NCBI GenBank assembly: GCA_963843575.1
Contig: CAWJKZ010000025.1
Coordinates: 192,001-256,000 of the forward strand
DNA length: 64,000 nt
Direction: 5' to 3'
From: an uncultured Acidobacteriota bacterium
GTDB taxonomy: Bacteria; Acidobacteriota; UBA6911
Below, in pieces: positions 1 to 9,246 of the stretch (position 1 is the first letter of the stretch; every line of letters starts with the position of its first letter). Below the pieces are notes generated by a model that searched no databases, had not been told where the DNA came from, and saw nothing but the letters and a program-made list of their open reading frames with translations. The translations under genes were made by a program, and so were the position numbers.

Positions 1-197
1 ACGCCCGGAACGTCAGCGCCTTCGTCCTGCACCTGTTCCGCGACGGCAAACTCAACCTCGACACGCAGGACGAGATCACGCGGGAGACGCTGCTGACGCA
101 CGGCGGAGCGGTCGTCAACCCGCGGGTGCGCGAGTTCTTCTCCCTGCCCCCTTCCCCCGCCGCAGGCGGCGGCCAACAAAAGGAGGATGCCCTGTGA
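1..197 (+). CDS. pntA: NAD(P) transhydrogenase subunit alpha part 1, 3' end (partial)
   Basis: Frame from nt 3 reads ARNVSAFVLHLFRDGKLNLDTQDEITRETLLTHGGAVVNPRVRE...*, typical of the PntA domain I C-terminus; stop overlaps the start of the next pnt gene. Confidence 0.85.
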   Translation, partial: ARNVSAFVLHLFRDGKLNLDTQDEITRETLLTHGGAVVNPRVREFFSLPPSPAAGGGQQKEDAL

Positions 198-490
198 CTT
201 CGGATCTCACCACCAGCCTGTACGTTTTCGTGCTGGCCGGCTTTATCGGTTTCGAGGTGATTCGCCGCGTCTCCCCGCTGCTGCACACGCCTTTGATGTC
301 GCTGACCAACGCCCTGGACGCCATCGCCGTCGTGGGCGCCATCGTGCTGGCCGGCGAGGGGCGAGGCACCTTGGCGACCGTGCTGGGCACCGTGGCCGTG
401 GTCGCGGCCACCAGCAACGTGGTCGGCGGGTTCCTCATCACGGATCGAATGCTGGGCATGTTCAAGGCAAGCCGAACGAAAAAACCATGA
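194..490 (+). CDS. pntA: NAD(P) transhydrogenase subunit alpha part 2 (membrane part)
   Basis: FVLAGFIGFEVIRRVSPLLHTPLMSLTNA...NVVGGFLITDRMLGMFK; AGGAGG RBS at 181-186. Confidence 0.93.
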   Translation: MTSDLTTSLYVFVLAGFIGFEVIRRVSPLLHTPLMSLTNALDAIAVVGAIVLAGEGRGTLATVLGTVAVVAATSNVVGGFLITDRMLGMFKASRTKKP

Positions 491-1881
491 GCCAGACGCA
501 CACGACTGAACAAGTGATCCAGATCGCCTACCTGATCGCCACGGTGCTGTTCATCCTCTCGCTGCGCTGGATGAGCTCGCCCTCCAGCGCCCGCCGCGGC
601 GTCCGCGCGGGCGAACTCGGCATGCTCATCGCCATCGTGGCCACCCTGCTGCACCAGAACATCATCGACTACCGGTGGATCGCCGTCGGGCTGGTGCTCG
701 GATCGGGCATCGGGGTTCCCCTCGGCCTCGTACAGATGACCGCCGTGCCGCAGCGGACCGCGCTCAGCCACGCCTTCGGCGCGCTGTGCGTCACGCTGGT
801 CGGCACCGCCGAGTACTACGTTTCCGCCCCGGGGCTGCCCCCGTTCACCATGGCGGTGCTCGCCCTGGAGGTCATCCTCGGCAGCCTGACGTTCACCGGC
901 AGCCTCATGGCGGCGGGGAAGCTCCAGGAAGTGCTGCCGCAGCGCCCGATCACCTACAGGGGGCAGAACTTCGTCAACCTGTCCCTGCTCGGCGTGTCGC
1001 TGGTGGTCGCCGTCGTCCTGGTGCTCCACCCCGAACAGACCTTCCTGTTTCCGTTGATCATCGTCATCCCGCTCGCCTTCGGGGTCATGATGATCGTCCC
1101 GATCGGCGGGGCGGACATGCCAACCGTCGTGTCGCTGCTGAACTCGTACGCAGGCCTCTCGGCGGCGGCCATGGGCTTCGTCGTCGACAGCAAGCTCCTG
1201 ATCGTCGCGGGGGCGCTCGACGGATCGTCCGGGTTCATCCTGTCGGTGATCATGTCCAAGGCGATGAACCGCTCGTTCACCAACGTGCTGTTCGGCGCCT
1301 TCGGCCAGATCCAGCCCGCAGCCGCCGCGGCCGGTCAGGCCCGCCCGGTTCGGACCGCGAGCCCCGAGGAAGCCGCCTCCATTCTGGCCTCCGCCAACAC
1401 CGTGGCGATCATTCCCGGCTACGGCATGGCCGTCGCCCAGGCCCAGCACAACGTGCGCGAACTCTACGACGCCCTCGCCAAACGCGGGATCGACGTGAAG
1501 TTCGGCATTCACCCCGTCGCAGGCCGCATGCCGGGTCACATGAACGTGCTACTCGCCGAAGCCAACATCCCGTACGACCGCCTGCTCGACATGGACGAGA
1601 TCAACCCGGAAATGGCCCAGACCGACGTCGCCCTGATCATCGGGGCCAACGACGTCACAAATCCCGCAGCCCGCACCGATCAGTCGAGCCCCATCTTCGG
1701 CATGCCCATCATCGACGTCGACAAGGCTCGCACCGTGATGGTGATCAAACGCAGCATGAGCCCCGGTTTCGCGGGCATCGACAACCCGCTGTACTACCTC
1801 GACAAAACCCTGATGCTGTTCGGCGACGCCAAGAAATTCGTCGGCGACATCGTCAAGGAGATGTCCGGCTCAGGGCACTGA
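487..1881 (+). CDS. pntB: NAD(P) transhydrogenase subunit beta
   Basis: IGGADMPTVVSLLNSYAG, IIPGYGMAVAQAQH, HPVAGRMPGHMNVLLAEA, GANDVTNPAA motifs; ATG at 487 overlaps the upstream stop. Confidence 0.96.
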   Translation: MSQTHTTEQVIQIAYLIATVLFILSLRWMSSPSSARRGVRAGELGMLIAIVATLLHQNIIDYRWIAVGLVLGSGIGVPLGLVQMTAVPQRTALSHAFGALCVTLVGTAEYYVSAPGLPPFTMAVLALEVILGSLTFTGSLMAAGKLQEVLPQRPITYRGQNFVNLSLLGVSLVVAVVLVLHPEQTFLFPLIIVIPLAFGVMMIVPIGGADMPTVVSLLNSYAGLSAAAMGFVVDSKLLIVAGALDGSSGFILSVIMSKAMNRSFTNVLFGAFGQIQPAAAAAGQARPVRTASPEEAASILASANTVAIIPGYGMAVAQAQHNVRELYDALAKRGIDVKFGIHPVAGRMPGHMNVLLAEANIPYDRLLDMDEINPEMAQTDVALIIGANDVTNPAARTDQSSPIFGMPIIDVDKARTVMVIKRSMSPGFAGIDNPLYYLDKTLMLFGDAKKFVGDIVKEMSGSGH

Positions 1882-1888
1882 GCGCCGA

Positions 1889-1954
1889 GTGGGCGGAGCG
1901 GCTCGACCTCGCCCCGGTTGGTCCACGGGGCCGCGTCGAACCGCCGCGGCCCAC
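1889..1954. repeat. REP-like family B inverted doublet (GTGG + GC-rich hairpin)
   Basis: GTGGGCGGAGCGGCTCGACCTCGCCC ... GGGCCGCGTCGAACCGCCGCGGCCCAC between convergent genes; related copies elsewhere in the window. Confidence 0.7.
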
Positions 1955-1958
1955 ACAA

Positions 1959-2855
1959 TCACTGCCGCACTTCTATGCCGGTCATCGTCGCGCCGACGTA
2001 GTTAGCCGGCAAGCCTGCCCCGGGCAACTCCGTCAGCATGAGGTAGACCTGAGACCCCGATTCCGACAGCACGCCCTCCAGGACGAGCGTCACTTCCCCC
2101 ACCTGGGTCACCTTGACCCATCCGTCCTCGCTGACCGTATAGGCAGCGACGGTTGCCGTCGGGAACACGAAGCCGTTGAAAGACTCCACGACCGTCGCCT
2201 GCCCCGCTCCCTGGCCATCGGCCGTAGTCCGTCCCACCATGGCGAAGGGCCCGTTGAGCAGGGCCAGAGGGTGGCCTTCCGGGAGCATGATCGTCCCGGA
2301 GTATCGCGCGGAGTAGCTGCCGCAGAGGTCGGCCGCGGACCAGCCCCACGACTTGGCCTGCCGGGTAAGGGAAGCGGTGGCTGCCATCCCGACATACCCT
2401 GGCGGAAGCGGCGGCTCCGTGATCGCAGTCGGGATCAGCCGCACCTGTTTCCCCTCGTCGAAAAGTACGCCAGAAGTCTCGAACGTGATCCGGCCGGTCG
2501 GCGCAGGGTAGGTCAACACCATCTTCAGGGTACCGTCGCTGGCGACCCCGTATGTCCCGGTCCCCGCGTTGCGCATGATCGTGCCGTTGTAGGACTCGAT
2601 GAACTTGGCGGCAAGGTTCCCGTTCCCGTCCGCAACCACCCGCCCCACAAGCCCGTAGGGCCCATTCAGGGCCGCAAGGGGCCCTCCGGCGAAGTTGACG
2701 GTCCCCGTCCACTGCGACGCATAGCTCCCTGAGAAATCGGCGTTCGTATAGCCCCAGTTCTTGGCATTCCCCTCGGGTAAAGGCGCCCATACCACCCATA
2801 AGACCGCGAAAGCAGAAATCAGCAGCGCTCGACGAGACATAGGCCCCCTCCTCAT
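1959..2855 (-). CDS. Secreted hypothetical protein with two tandem ~135-aa beta-rich repeats
   Basis: Signal-like N-terminus; YTNADFSGSYASQWTGTV..ALNGPYGLVGRVVADGNG is repeated as WSAADLCGSYSARYSGTI..LLNGPFAMVGRTTADGQG. Confidence 0.75.
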   Translation of the reverse strand: MRRGPMSRRALLISAFAVLWVVWAPLPEGNAKNWGYTNADFSGSYASQWTGTVNFAGGPLAALNGPYGLVGRVVADGNGNLAAKFIESYNGTIMRNAGTGTYGVASDGTLKMVLTYPAPTGRITFETSGVLFDEGKQVRLIPTAITEPPLPPGYVGMAATASLTRQAKSWGWSAADLCGSYSARYSGTIMLPEGHPLALLNGPFAMVGRTTADGQGAGQATVVESFNGFVFPTATVAAYTVSEDGWVKVTQVGEVTLVLEGVLSESGSQVYLMLTELPGAGLPANYVGATMTGIEVRQ

Positions 2856-2892
2856 CAGTCTTTCGTTCTTGAGTTTGCTGTTCTACCCGCTC

Positions 2893-3041
2893 AGTACTCG
2901 TGTCCCCAAATACGCTAACCTGCTCTGGTTGCGCGGATTCGCGTGAAACAGTCAAATCCGCCGAGATCGGCGTTCTGCCGCGTCTATCGGTGAACAGCTC
3001 CATCCCAAGAGTACGTCAGCGTGCTTAGGAAATCGGGTACT
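2893..3041 (-). mobile_element. MITE-like element with imperfect terminal inverted repeats (copy 1)
   Basis: Ends AGTACTCGTGTCCCCAAATACGCTAAC and rc AGTACCCGATTTCCTAAGCACGCTGAC; exact 25-nt match (2986-3010, rc) to 24451-24475. Confidence 0.6.
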
Positions 3042-3361
3042 CCGCTGCTATCTAGAGTGCCACAATCGCCTTCGGACGCACAGCGAAACCTGATCGGGAA
3101 AGGGAGCGGCCGCGAGGGAGGTTGGGGTCCCGCGGGTCGGGATTGGCCGGTCGAAAGAATGCTGGACTTCGCCTGCAATCCTGGGTTAATTTGGAGCCAA
3201 TCGATTGAGGATATTTCGATCCGTTCCTGGTGTGAGTCCCCTGCGCATCAGAAACCGAAGAGGCAAAGAGCTATATTTTAAAATAAGAAGCATTGGACAA
3301 ATAACATTCCCCCCCGACCTGATAACAGTGTCTGGGCCTCCCGGTTTCCAGGAGACTTCAG

Positions 3362-3493
3362 ATGGAACTCTTGACCTCTCCGATACTTACGCATCTGGCT
3401 TCTGCGATCCTGATGTTTGTCGCAGGTTTCTATTTCGGCACGTCAAAGGCCGAACGCCGCAACAAGCGCTACCGGAGAATCTGGGGTATCTGA
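3362..3493 (+). CDS. Small single-pass membrane protein, 43 aa (not in ORF track)
   Basis: AGGAG RBS upstream; MELLTSPILTHLASAILMFVAGFYFGTSKAERRNKRYRRIWGI* has a hydrophobic stretch followed by a basic tail. Confidence 0.55.
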   Translation: MELLTSPILTHLASAILMFVAGFYFGTSKAERRNKRYRRIWGI

Positions 3494-3574
3494 CCGGACG
3501 CCGCCGCCGTTCCGCACCGAACACGAAATCGTTGGCAACTCCCCTTGCCGATCCCATCTGGATAGGTAACAACA

Positions 3575-3850
3575 ATGTCCGAAGTCATCATGCAGTCTTA
3601 CATCAAGCAGATCCGGAGCTTGCTTTTATCCGCCGGGCTCGATGGACCGGAACTGATCGCCATTGCCCTCATACTGCTGTGCATAACGGTGCCCTGGGTC
3701 AGGATTTTCAGAAAGGCCGGATATAATCCGGGGGTCGGGATCCTGATGCTCATCCCGCCGATAAACATCTTCCTGTTTCTGCTGTTCGCCTACCACGAGT
3801 GGCCGATCGAGCGGGAACGCATTCACGGTTCGTCGCACACGTGGTACTAG
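3575..3850 (+). CDS. Small membrane protein (RIFRKAGY..G.LMLIP.IN type)
   Basis: Two hydrophobic segments with the WVRIFRKAGYNPGVGILMLIPPINIFLFLLFAYHEWP pattern. Confidence 0.65.
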   Translation: MSEVIMQSYIKQIRSLLLSAGLDGPELIAIALILLCITVPWVRIFRKAGYNPGVGILMLIPPINIFLFLLFAYHEWPIERERIHGSSHTWY

Positions 3851-4059
3851 GGGTCCGTCCAGAATAACAGGTCCACTTTGCTGCAGGCCCCCAGGCCCGC
3901 TGACAAGGCGCGAGCGACGAGCATACCCGGGGTGGTATGTAAGGAGCGAGCAACGCTGTCAGCGGGCCTGCGTCCCCACATCGCCTGCGTCGCGGCGCCT
4001 TGCATCTGCCCTCCCGGCGCTCGCGCCAAGTGGGCCTGTTATTCTGTGACAGACCCTAG
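3847..4059. mobile_element. MITE flanked by CTAG, IS5-family-like
   Basis: Left CTAG-GGGTCCGTCCAGAATAACAGGTCCACTT; right rc CTAG-GGTCTGTCACAGAATAACAGGCCCACTT; no transposase inside. Confidence 0.65.
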
Positions 4060-4175
4060 GGTGATCTCGGTGTCGAAGAGGGCCAAAAGTGCGGCAACCG
4101 CGGCGGCAGGGCTGTGGCCGCGTCTTCCTTGATTGGTCTCTCCTGCGCGCCCCTTCCAGATCGGGTCAATGGGGG

Positions 4176-5108
4176 CTACCCTGCGGTCGTCGCCCATTTC
4201 TCCAGGAGTGCCCGGGTCACGCCGGCGCCGCCGCAGACGATCACCAGGACGGGTCCGACACCGCGCAGCGCGGGAGCTTGCTCGTAGGCTGCGGCAAGCG
4301 AGGCGCCGCAGGCCGGTTCGACCAGGACCCGGTGATCATCGGCAAAGCGCAGGCACGCCTCGACGGCAGACCGGTCGCTCACCACCCAAGGAACGATTTC
4401 CCGCCGGCCGGCCCAGGCAAGCGCCGCAGGCGCAACAGTCCGGGCTCCTAGGGTCGTCGCCAGCGACGTGATGGCCTCCAGCGTGACCAGCCGGCCCGCG
4501 GCGACCGATGCCGCGAATGAGTCGGCCCCGCGGGTTTCCACGGCGAGTATCGGCACATCGCCCCATCCCACGTCGCTCATTCCCTGCGCGACGCCGCAGA
4601 GAAGCCCTCCACCTCCTACCGAAACCACGACCGCGCCGGGCTTGATCCCGCTTTCGGCTGCCTCGTGCAGCATGGTGGCATGCCCGGCCCACGCCCTCGG
4701 ATCGTCGAAGGGATGGATATAAGCCGCCCCGGGCCCATCAGCCAGCCGGACGGCGTACATGTGGGAGTCGTCCCACGCCTCCCCGAACTCGGTCACCTCG
4801 GCACCTTCCCCGAGTATGAGGTCGCGGGAGCGGTTCGAGGTGCGGCTCGGAACGACAATCGTGACCGGCACGCCGAGCCGCCGCCCAGCGTAGGCCACCG
4901 CGTAACCGGCGTTTCCTCCGGAGGAGGAGACGAGACGCCCGGCCCCCTGTTCGACGGCGTCCTGGCAGGCAGCCCCCATACCCCGTAGCTTGAACGACCC
5001 GACGGGTTGAAGCGCTTCCATTTTCAGGAAAACCGGTGCTCGCAGGAGCTGGCCCATCGGGCGCGAGTCCCACAACGGCGTGCGGTGGTGCAAAGCAGTG
5101 AGGGTCAT
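4176..5108 (-). CDS. PLP-dependent L-serine/L-threonine ammonia-lyase (fold type II)
   Basis: LKMEALQPVGSFKLRG PLP-lysine motif, SSGGNAG, IHPFDDP, SVGGGGL, LVEPACGA. Confidence 0.9.
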   Translation of the reverse strand: MTLTALHHRTPLWDSRPMGQLLRAPVFLKMEALQPVGSFKLRGMGAACQDAVEQGAGRLVSSSGGNAGYAVAYAGRRLGVPVTIVVPSRTSNRSRDLILGEGAEVTEFGEAWDDSHMYAVRLADGPGAAYIHPFDDPRAWAGHATMLHEAAESGIKPGAVVVSVGGGGLLCGVAQGMSDVGWGDVPILAVETRGADSFAASVAAGRLVTLEAITSLATTLGARTVAPAALAWAGRREIVPWVVSDRSAVEACLRFADDHRVLVEPACGASLAAAYEQAPALRGVGPVLVIVCGGAGVTRALLEKWATTAG

Positions 5109-5165
5109 GTACTCCCCCGGCAGAAAAGGTCAAGCTTGTGAAACAGGAAACACCCTGTCATCGTA

Positions 5166-5900
5166 TTGGTTTACTTCATGTCCTGCAACGTGCAGGTAGC
5201 AACTATGTATAAGCTGATAAACCTGATCGTCCTCCTCGTCCTCTGCGCCCCGCCGCTTGCCGAAGCGAGCGCCGAAGACCTGAAACACGCGCAGGAAGAA
5301 CTGATTCGGAAGACGGCGGCCTACGGCGACGAACTGGTCAAGCTGCTGTCCATCGAGGAGGCTGCGCGCGAGGCCGTCGAGCGGGGCCTCCCAAAGCGCC
5401 GCGAGCTTTATGCCGGCGGTCTGATATCGAGACAGGAGCTGGAGCAGAGTGAGGCCAGGCTGCACGAAGCCGATGCCCGCTTGCGGGAACTGAGGCGGCA
5501 AATTACTGAATCAGCGGACCTTGTTGCAGAAGTACGGCTGGCTCTCGAGACGCCGTCCACCGAAGGGCAGGATGCCACGGTTATTCGCTTCGAAGGGCAG
5601 GCGCCCTGGAAGCCGGACGCGCTTTCGACGATCGAGAGCTTCTACGTCCGCCGTTTCGGCGAAGACCTGCCGGTCAGCGCCGTCGGCCAGACGGCCCTGC
5701 ACAACAGGTTCGGTCTGCTGCACACCACCGCAGTCGATATCGCGCTGCACCCGGACAGCCCCCAGGGGCTGGCACTGCTGGAGTTCCTGCGAAAATCGGG
5801 GACGCCCTTTATCGCCTTCCGGACGTCGGTCCCTGGATCCGCCACCGGAGCCCACATCCACATTGGACCACCCTCGCAGCGCATCCACATGGCGCTCTGA
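5166..5900 (+). CDS. Secreted hypothetical protein: coiled-coil N-terminal part, C-terminal H..D..HxH domain
   Basis: Signal peptide (probable start near 5205), helical repeat region, LHTTAVDIALHPDS...ATGAHIHIGPPS. Confidence 0.7.
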   Translation: MVYFMSCNVQVATMYKLINLIVLLVLCAPPLAEASAEDLKHAQEELIRKTAAYGDELVKLLSIEEAAREAVERGLPKRRELYAGGLISRQELEQSEARLHEADARLRELRRQITESADLVAEVRLALETPSTEGQDATVIRFEGQAPWKPDALSTIESFYVRRFGEDLPVSAVGQTALHNRFGLLHTTAVDIALHPDSPQGLALLEFLRKSGTPFIAFRTSVPGSATGAHIHIGPPSQRIHMAL

Positions 5901-5980
5901 CAGAAAGTGAGCATCGCCCGGCCAAGGCCCAGGTAGGGCAGGTCAACCGCGAGACGGGCTGCAGCGGGACGCGCTGGGGG

Positions 5981-7033
5981 CTATTTCTTGTCTTTCTTGG
6001 CGGTGTAGCCCTTCTTGGTCCGCGCCACGAGACCCGGCTTCTTCAACTTGACTTCGACTTTGCGGAACTTGCCGTCGTGTTTGGGGTTGCTCGAGTAGTA
6101 GCCGATGCTGTACTGGCTGGCCAGTTCCTTGGCGACCTCCTCGAATGCGTAGTCAAGGTCCTGGTTTCCGTCAAAGACCAGGCCTCCGCTGAACTCCGAC
6201 AATTTCAGCAGATAGCTGTGACCGGCCATGTAATCGCCGGTTCTTCCCCCGGGGTAGCCGCCCGGATAGCCGCCAATCCTCGGCCGTGAACCGATGACCG
6301 GGGGCAGGCCTCCGCCGGGGTACGGGTAACCACCGACGGTGGGGCCGAGGCCGCCGGTACGGTATTGGTCCGCCTCCGTGTTGTAGTAGACACTATAGAC
6401 GGTCGCGTAAGTCTCTTTGGCCAGGTCGAGTGTCTCGCCCATCGACGCCTTGCGGCTGCACGTGTCCACCCCGTCGGTGAAAAGCACCAGCGCCTTGCGC
6501 TGTTGGACCGGCTTGAGCACCTCGTCGAGGGCGAGCCAGACGGCTTCGTACTCGACCGTGCATCCGCCCGAGCGGGTCTTTTTGATCCCGTACTCGTTCT
6601 TGTTCCGGTCCATGGTGAAGTCTTCCTGGAGTTTGGTGTCCTCGGCAAACGACAGCACGGCCACCTCGTCGTCGGGGTGGAGCTTGTTGACAAATTCGAT
6701 GGCCGCGTTCTGGATGTTGGCCAGCTGCAGTTCGGTGCTGCCGCTGGTGTCGAGCGCCAGGGCGACCGAAACCGGCTCGTCGGTAGCCGCGAAGCCGGCG
6801 ATGGTCTGCTCGACGCCGTCTTCGAATACCCGGAAGTCGTCTTTGGCGAGGTCGATGACGCGCTTTCCCGCCTGCGTCGTGACAACCACCGGGAGAGACA
6901 CCATCTCGACGTTGACGCGGATCGCCTGATCGTCGGCAGCCGGTTTTTTCTGGGCCCGGGTCTGCTGAGGCCCCGCGCAGAGCAGCGCGGCGAGAACTGC
7001 ACCTGCACACATCCTGATCGTGTTGTCTGACAT
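5981..7033 (-). CDS. VWA domain protein (VWFA-related acidobacterial type)
   Basis: IRVNVEMVSLPVVVT, DFRVFEDGVEQ, MIDAS DTSGS, FTDGVD, QYSIGYYSSNPKHDGKFRKVEVK. Confidence 0.9.
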   Translation of the reverse strand: MSDNTIRMCAGAVLAALLCAGPQQTRAQKKPAADDQAIRVNVEMVSLPVVVTTQAGKRVIDLAKDDFRVFEDGVEQTIAGFAATDEPVSVALALDTSGSTELQLANIQNAAIEFVNKLHPDDEVAVLSFAEDTKLQEDFTMDRNKNEYGIKKTRSGGCTVEYEAVWLALDEVLKPVQQRKALVLFTDGVDTCSRKASMGETLDLAKETYATVYSVYYNTEADQYRTGGLGPTVGGYPYPGGGLPPVIGSRPRIGGYPGGYPGGRTGDYMAGHSYLLKLSEFSGGLVFDGNQDLDYAFEEVAKELASQYSIGYYSSNPKHDGKFRKVEVKLKKPGLVARTKKGYTAKKDKK

Positions 7034-7149
7034 GGCTGCGCCTCGCCTCCGGTTAATAGATGCGATCCACGCCCGGAACGGGTCACTCGTTTCCTCAGTT
7101 TAACAGAACCACCGAGTGCAACTGTCCGGGATAGGCCAGATAAAAAGAC

Positions 7150-7194
7150 GTCCGGGCTGAAGCCCGGACCCACTTGGCTGAAGCCCGGACCCAC
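7150..7194. repeat. REP family A (GTCCGGGC-TGAA-GCCCGGAC-CCAC), one full copy plus a partial copy
   Basis: Perfect 8-bp stem palindrome followed by CCAC (GTGG on the other strand). Confidence 0.85.
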
Positions 7195-7263
7195 AATCCG
7201 GAGATTTTTTCGCTCAAAAGCAGCGGGCGGGGTTGAACAGGCGACAGGGGGCATCGACGCGCC

Positions 7264-8799
7264 ATGCTCTTCCGGGTTCAATCCGCTGCGGTCTTCGGCA
7301 TCAAAGCCTACCTGGTCGCGGTCGAGGTCGACCTGGCCGCGGGCAAGAAGATGAACTTCATGACCGTTGGCCTGCCCGACACGGCGGTGCGGGAGAGCAG
7401 TGAGCGGGTGAGGGCGGCGCTGCGCAACTGCGGCTATCAGCTGCCGCCGCAGCGTATTACCATCAACCTGGCTCCTGCCGACGTGCGCAAGGAAGGATCG
7501 GCCTTCGACCTACCGATGGCAATCGGCATTCTCGGGGCAGCGGGCTCGGTACGTACGCAGAACCTGTCCGGCTATCTCTTCCTGGGAGAGCTGTCGCTCG
7601 ACGGCTCGATCCGGCCGGTGAAGGGAACCCTTTCGATGGCCGTCATGGCCCGGGAGAAGGGGCTCGGGCGGCTCGTGCTTCCCGAGGCCAACGCCGGCGA
7701 GGGCGCCGTGGTTGACGGCGTCCACGCCTTTCCCGTACGCACTCTCCCCCAGGTGGTCGAGCTGCTCAACGGACGCGCCCCCTGGATTCCGCTGGTCGTG
7801 GATCGGCGGCAACTGCTGGAGCAGAACGGGGTCTACGAGGTGGACTTCCGGGACGTGCGGGGACAGTACCAGGCCAAGCGCGCGCTCGAGGTCGCAACGG
7901 CCGGCGGGCACAACATCATCCTCATCGGGCCGCCCGGCTCCGGCAAAACGATGCTCGCGCGGCGGCTGCCGACCATTTTGCCCGCCATGACCTTCGAGGA
8001 GGCGATCGAGACGACCAAGATCCACTCGGTCGCGGGCCTGCTTTCGGAAAAGAACGGTCTGGTCGCGATTCGCCCGTTTCGCGCGCCGCACCACACGATC
8101 TCCGACGGCGGGCTGATCGGCGGCGGCAGCACGCCGAGGCCGGGCGAGGTCAGCCTGGCGCACAACGGGGTGCTGTTTCTCGACGAATTCCCCGAGTTCC
8201 AGCGACACGTGCTCGACGTCTTGCGCCAGCCGCTCGAGGACGGCGACGTGACGATCAGCCGGGCGTCGATGTCGCTGACCTTTCCGGCGCGCTTCATGCT
8301 GGCCGCCGCAATGAACCCCTGCCAGTGCGGCTGGTCGGGCGATCCCGAAACACGAATGCACCTGCACGGTGCCGCTCATCCAGCGCTACCTCGCCCGCAT
8401 CTCCGGGCCGCTGCTCGACCGCATCGACCTGCACATCCGGGTGCCGGCCGTGAAATACAAGGAGCTCGCGCAGGACGAGACAGCCGAAGCCTCGGCGGCG
8501 ATCCGCGAGCGCATCGTCGCGGCCGGCAGATCCAGTTCCGCCGCCTGGAGGCCTTCGGTTTGTTCTGCAACGCACAGATGACGCCGCGCACGCTGCGCCG
8601 CTTCTGCAAGCTCGACTCGGAGTCCGAGAAGCAGATGGAAAACGCCATCACGCGGCTCGGGCTGTCGGCGCGCGCCTACGACCGGATCCTCCGCGTCTCG
8701 CGGACGATCGCCGACCTGGCCGGCGAGGAGAAGATCCAGGCGCGGCACGTCTCCGAAGCCATCCAGTACCGCACCCTCGACCGCACCTACTGGCAGTGA
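7264..8799 (+). CDS. comM: YifB/ComM family Mg-chelatase-like AAA+ ATPase (compensating frameshifts at ~8350-8530)
   Basis: VGLPDTAVRES, INLAPAD.RKEGSAFDLP, GPPGSGKT, RPFRAPHHTIS, PGEVSLAHNGVLFLDE; the RYLARISGPLLDRIDL segment is in another frame (8369-8581). Confidence 0.93.
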   Translation: MLFRVQSAAVFGIKAYLVAVEVDLAAGKKMNFMTVGLPDTAVRESSERVRAALRNCGYQLPPQRITINLAPADVRKEGSAFDLPMAIGILGAAGSVRTQNLSGYLFLGELSLDGSIRPVKGTLSMAVMAREKGLGRLVLPEANAGEGAVVDGVHAFPVRTLPQVVELLNGRAPWIPLVVDRRQLLEQNGVYEVDFRDVRGQYQAKRALEVATAGGHNIILIGPPGSGKTMLARRLPTILPAMTFEEAIETTKIHSVAGLLSEKNGLVAIRPFRAPHHTISDGGLIGGGSTPRPGEVSLAHNGVLFLDEFPEFQRHVLDVLRQPLEDGDVTISRASMSLTFPARFMLAAAMNPCQCGWSGDPETRMHLHGAAHPALPRPHLRAAARPHRPAHPGAGREIQGARAGRDSRSLGGDPRAHRRGRQIQFRRLEAFGLFCNAQMTPRTLRRFCKLDSESEKQMENAITRLGLSARAYDRILRVSRTIADLAGEEKIQARHVSEAIQYRTLDRTYWQ

Positions 8800-8841
8800 G
8801 GAACCGAATCGACTCCGGGTTCAGTCGTCGTGAGGGGAGTC

Positions 8842-8970
8842 GTGGCGAGGACGATTCTTCTTGTCGAAGATCACGAAGGGGTGGCCAGGGTCACAAGAAA
8901 TGATCTGATTCTGACGGATATCGGGCGAGGGGTCCGATGGACGGCATCGAAGCCGCGCACCTGCTGGCAG
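8842..8970 (+). pseudogene. Degenerate response-regulator receiver-domain remnant
   Basis: GTG start after GAGGGG; reads ARTILLVEDHEGVAR..DLILTDIG, then PMDGIEAAHLL in a shifted frame; internally deleted. Confidence 0.5.
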
Positions 8971-9246
8971 TGACGCCGCAGAGAGAACGGCGTCGCATCA
9001 CGGGTTTCCGCGGATTCTCACGAATCGGGTCCATGCCCGACTGGGCGGCTGGTGTCGCCTGCACGGAGGAGTGCACCGCTCTGCCGATCCGTGCCGGTCC
9101 TTCCTGGTTTTTCCCTTGACTCGCCGTGTATTTGGATATAGGTAAGAGACAAGAGAAATGAATGTCGACTACTACCGCGACTAGCACCAACGGCTAAAAT
9201 GCTCTGAGCACGGCAACTCGACGTTGTTTTTTCCTGGTGCGCGCAG

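Noticed and set aside
3205-3726. 173-aa ORF
   Set aside because: No recognisable features; overlaps two better-supported small membrane ORFs in other frames.
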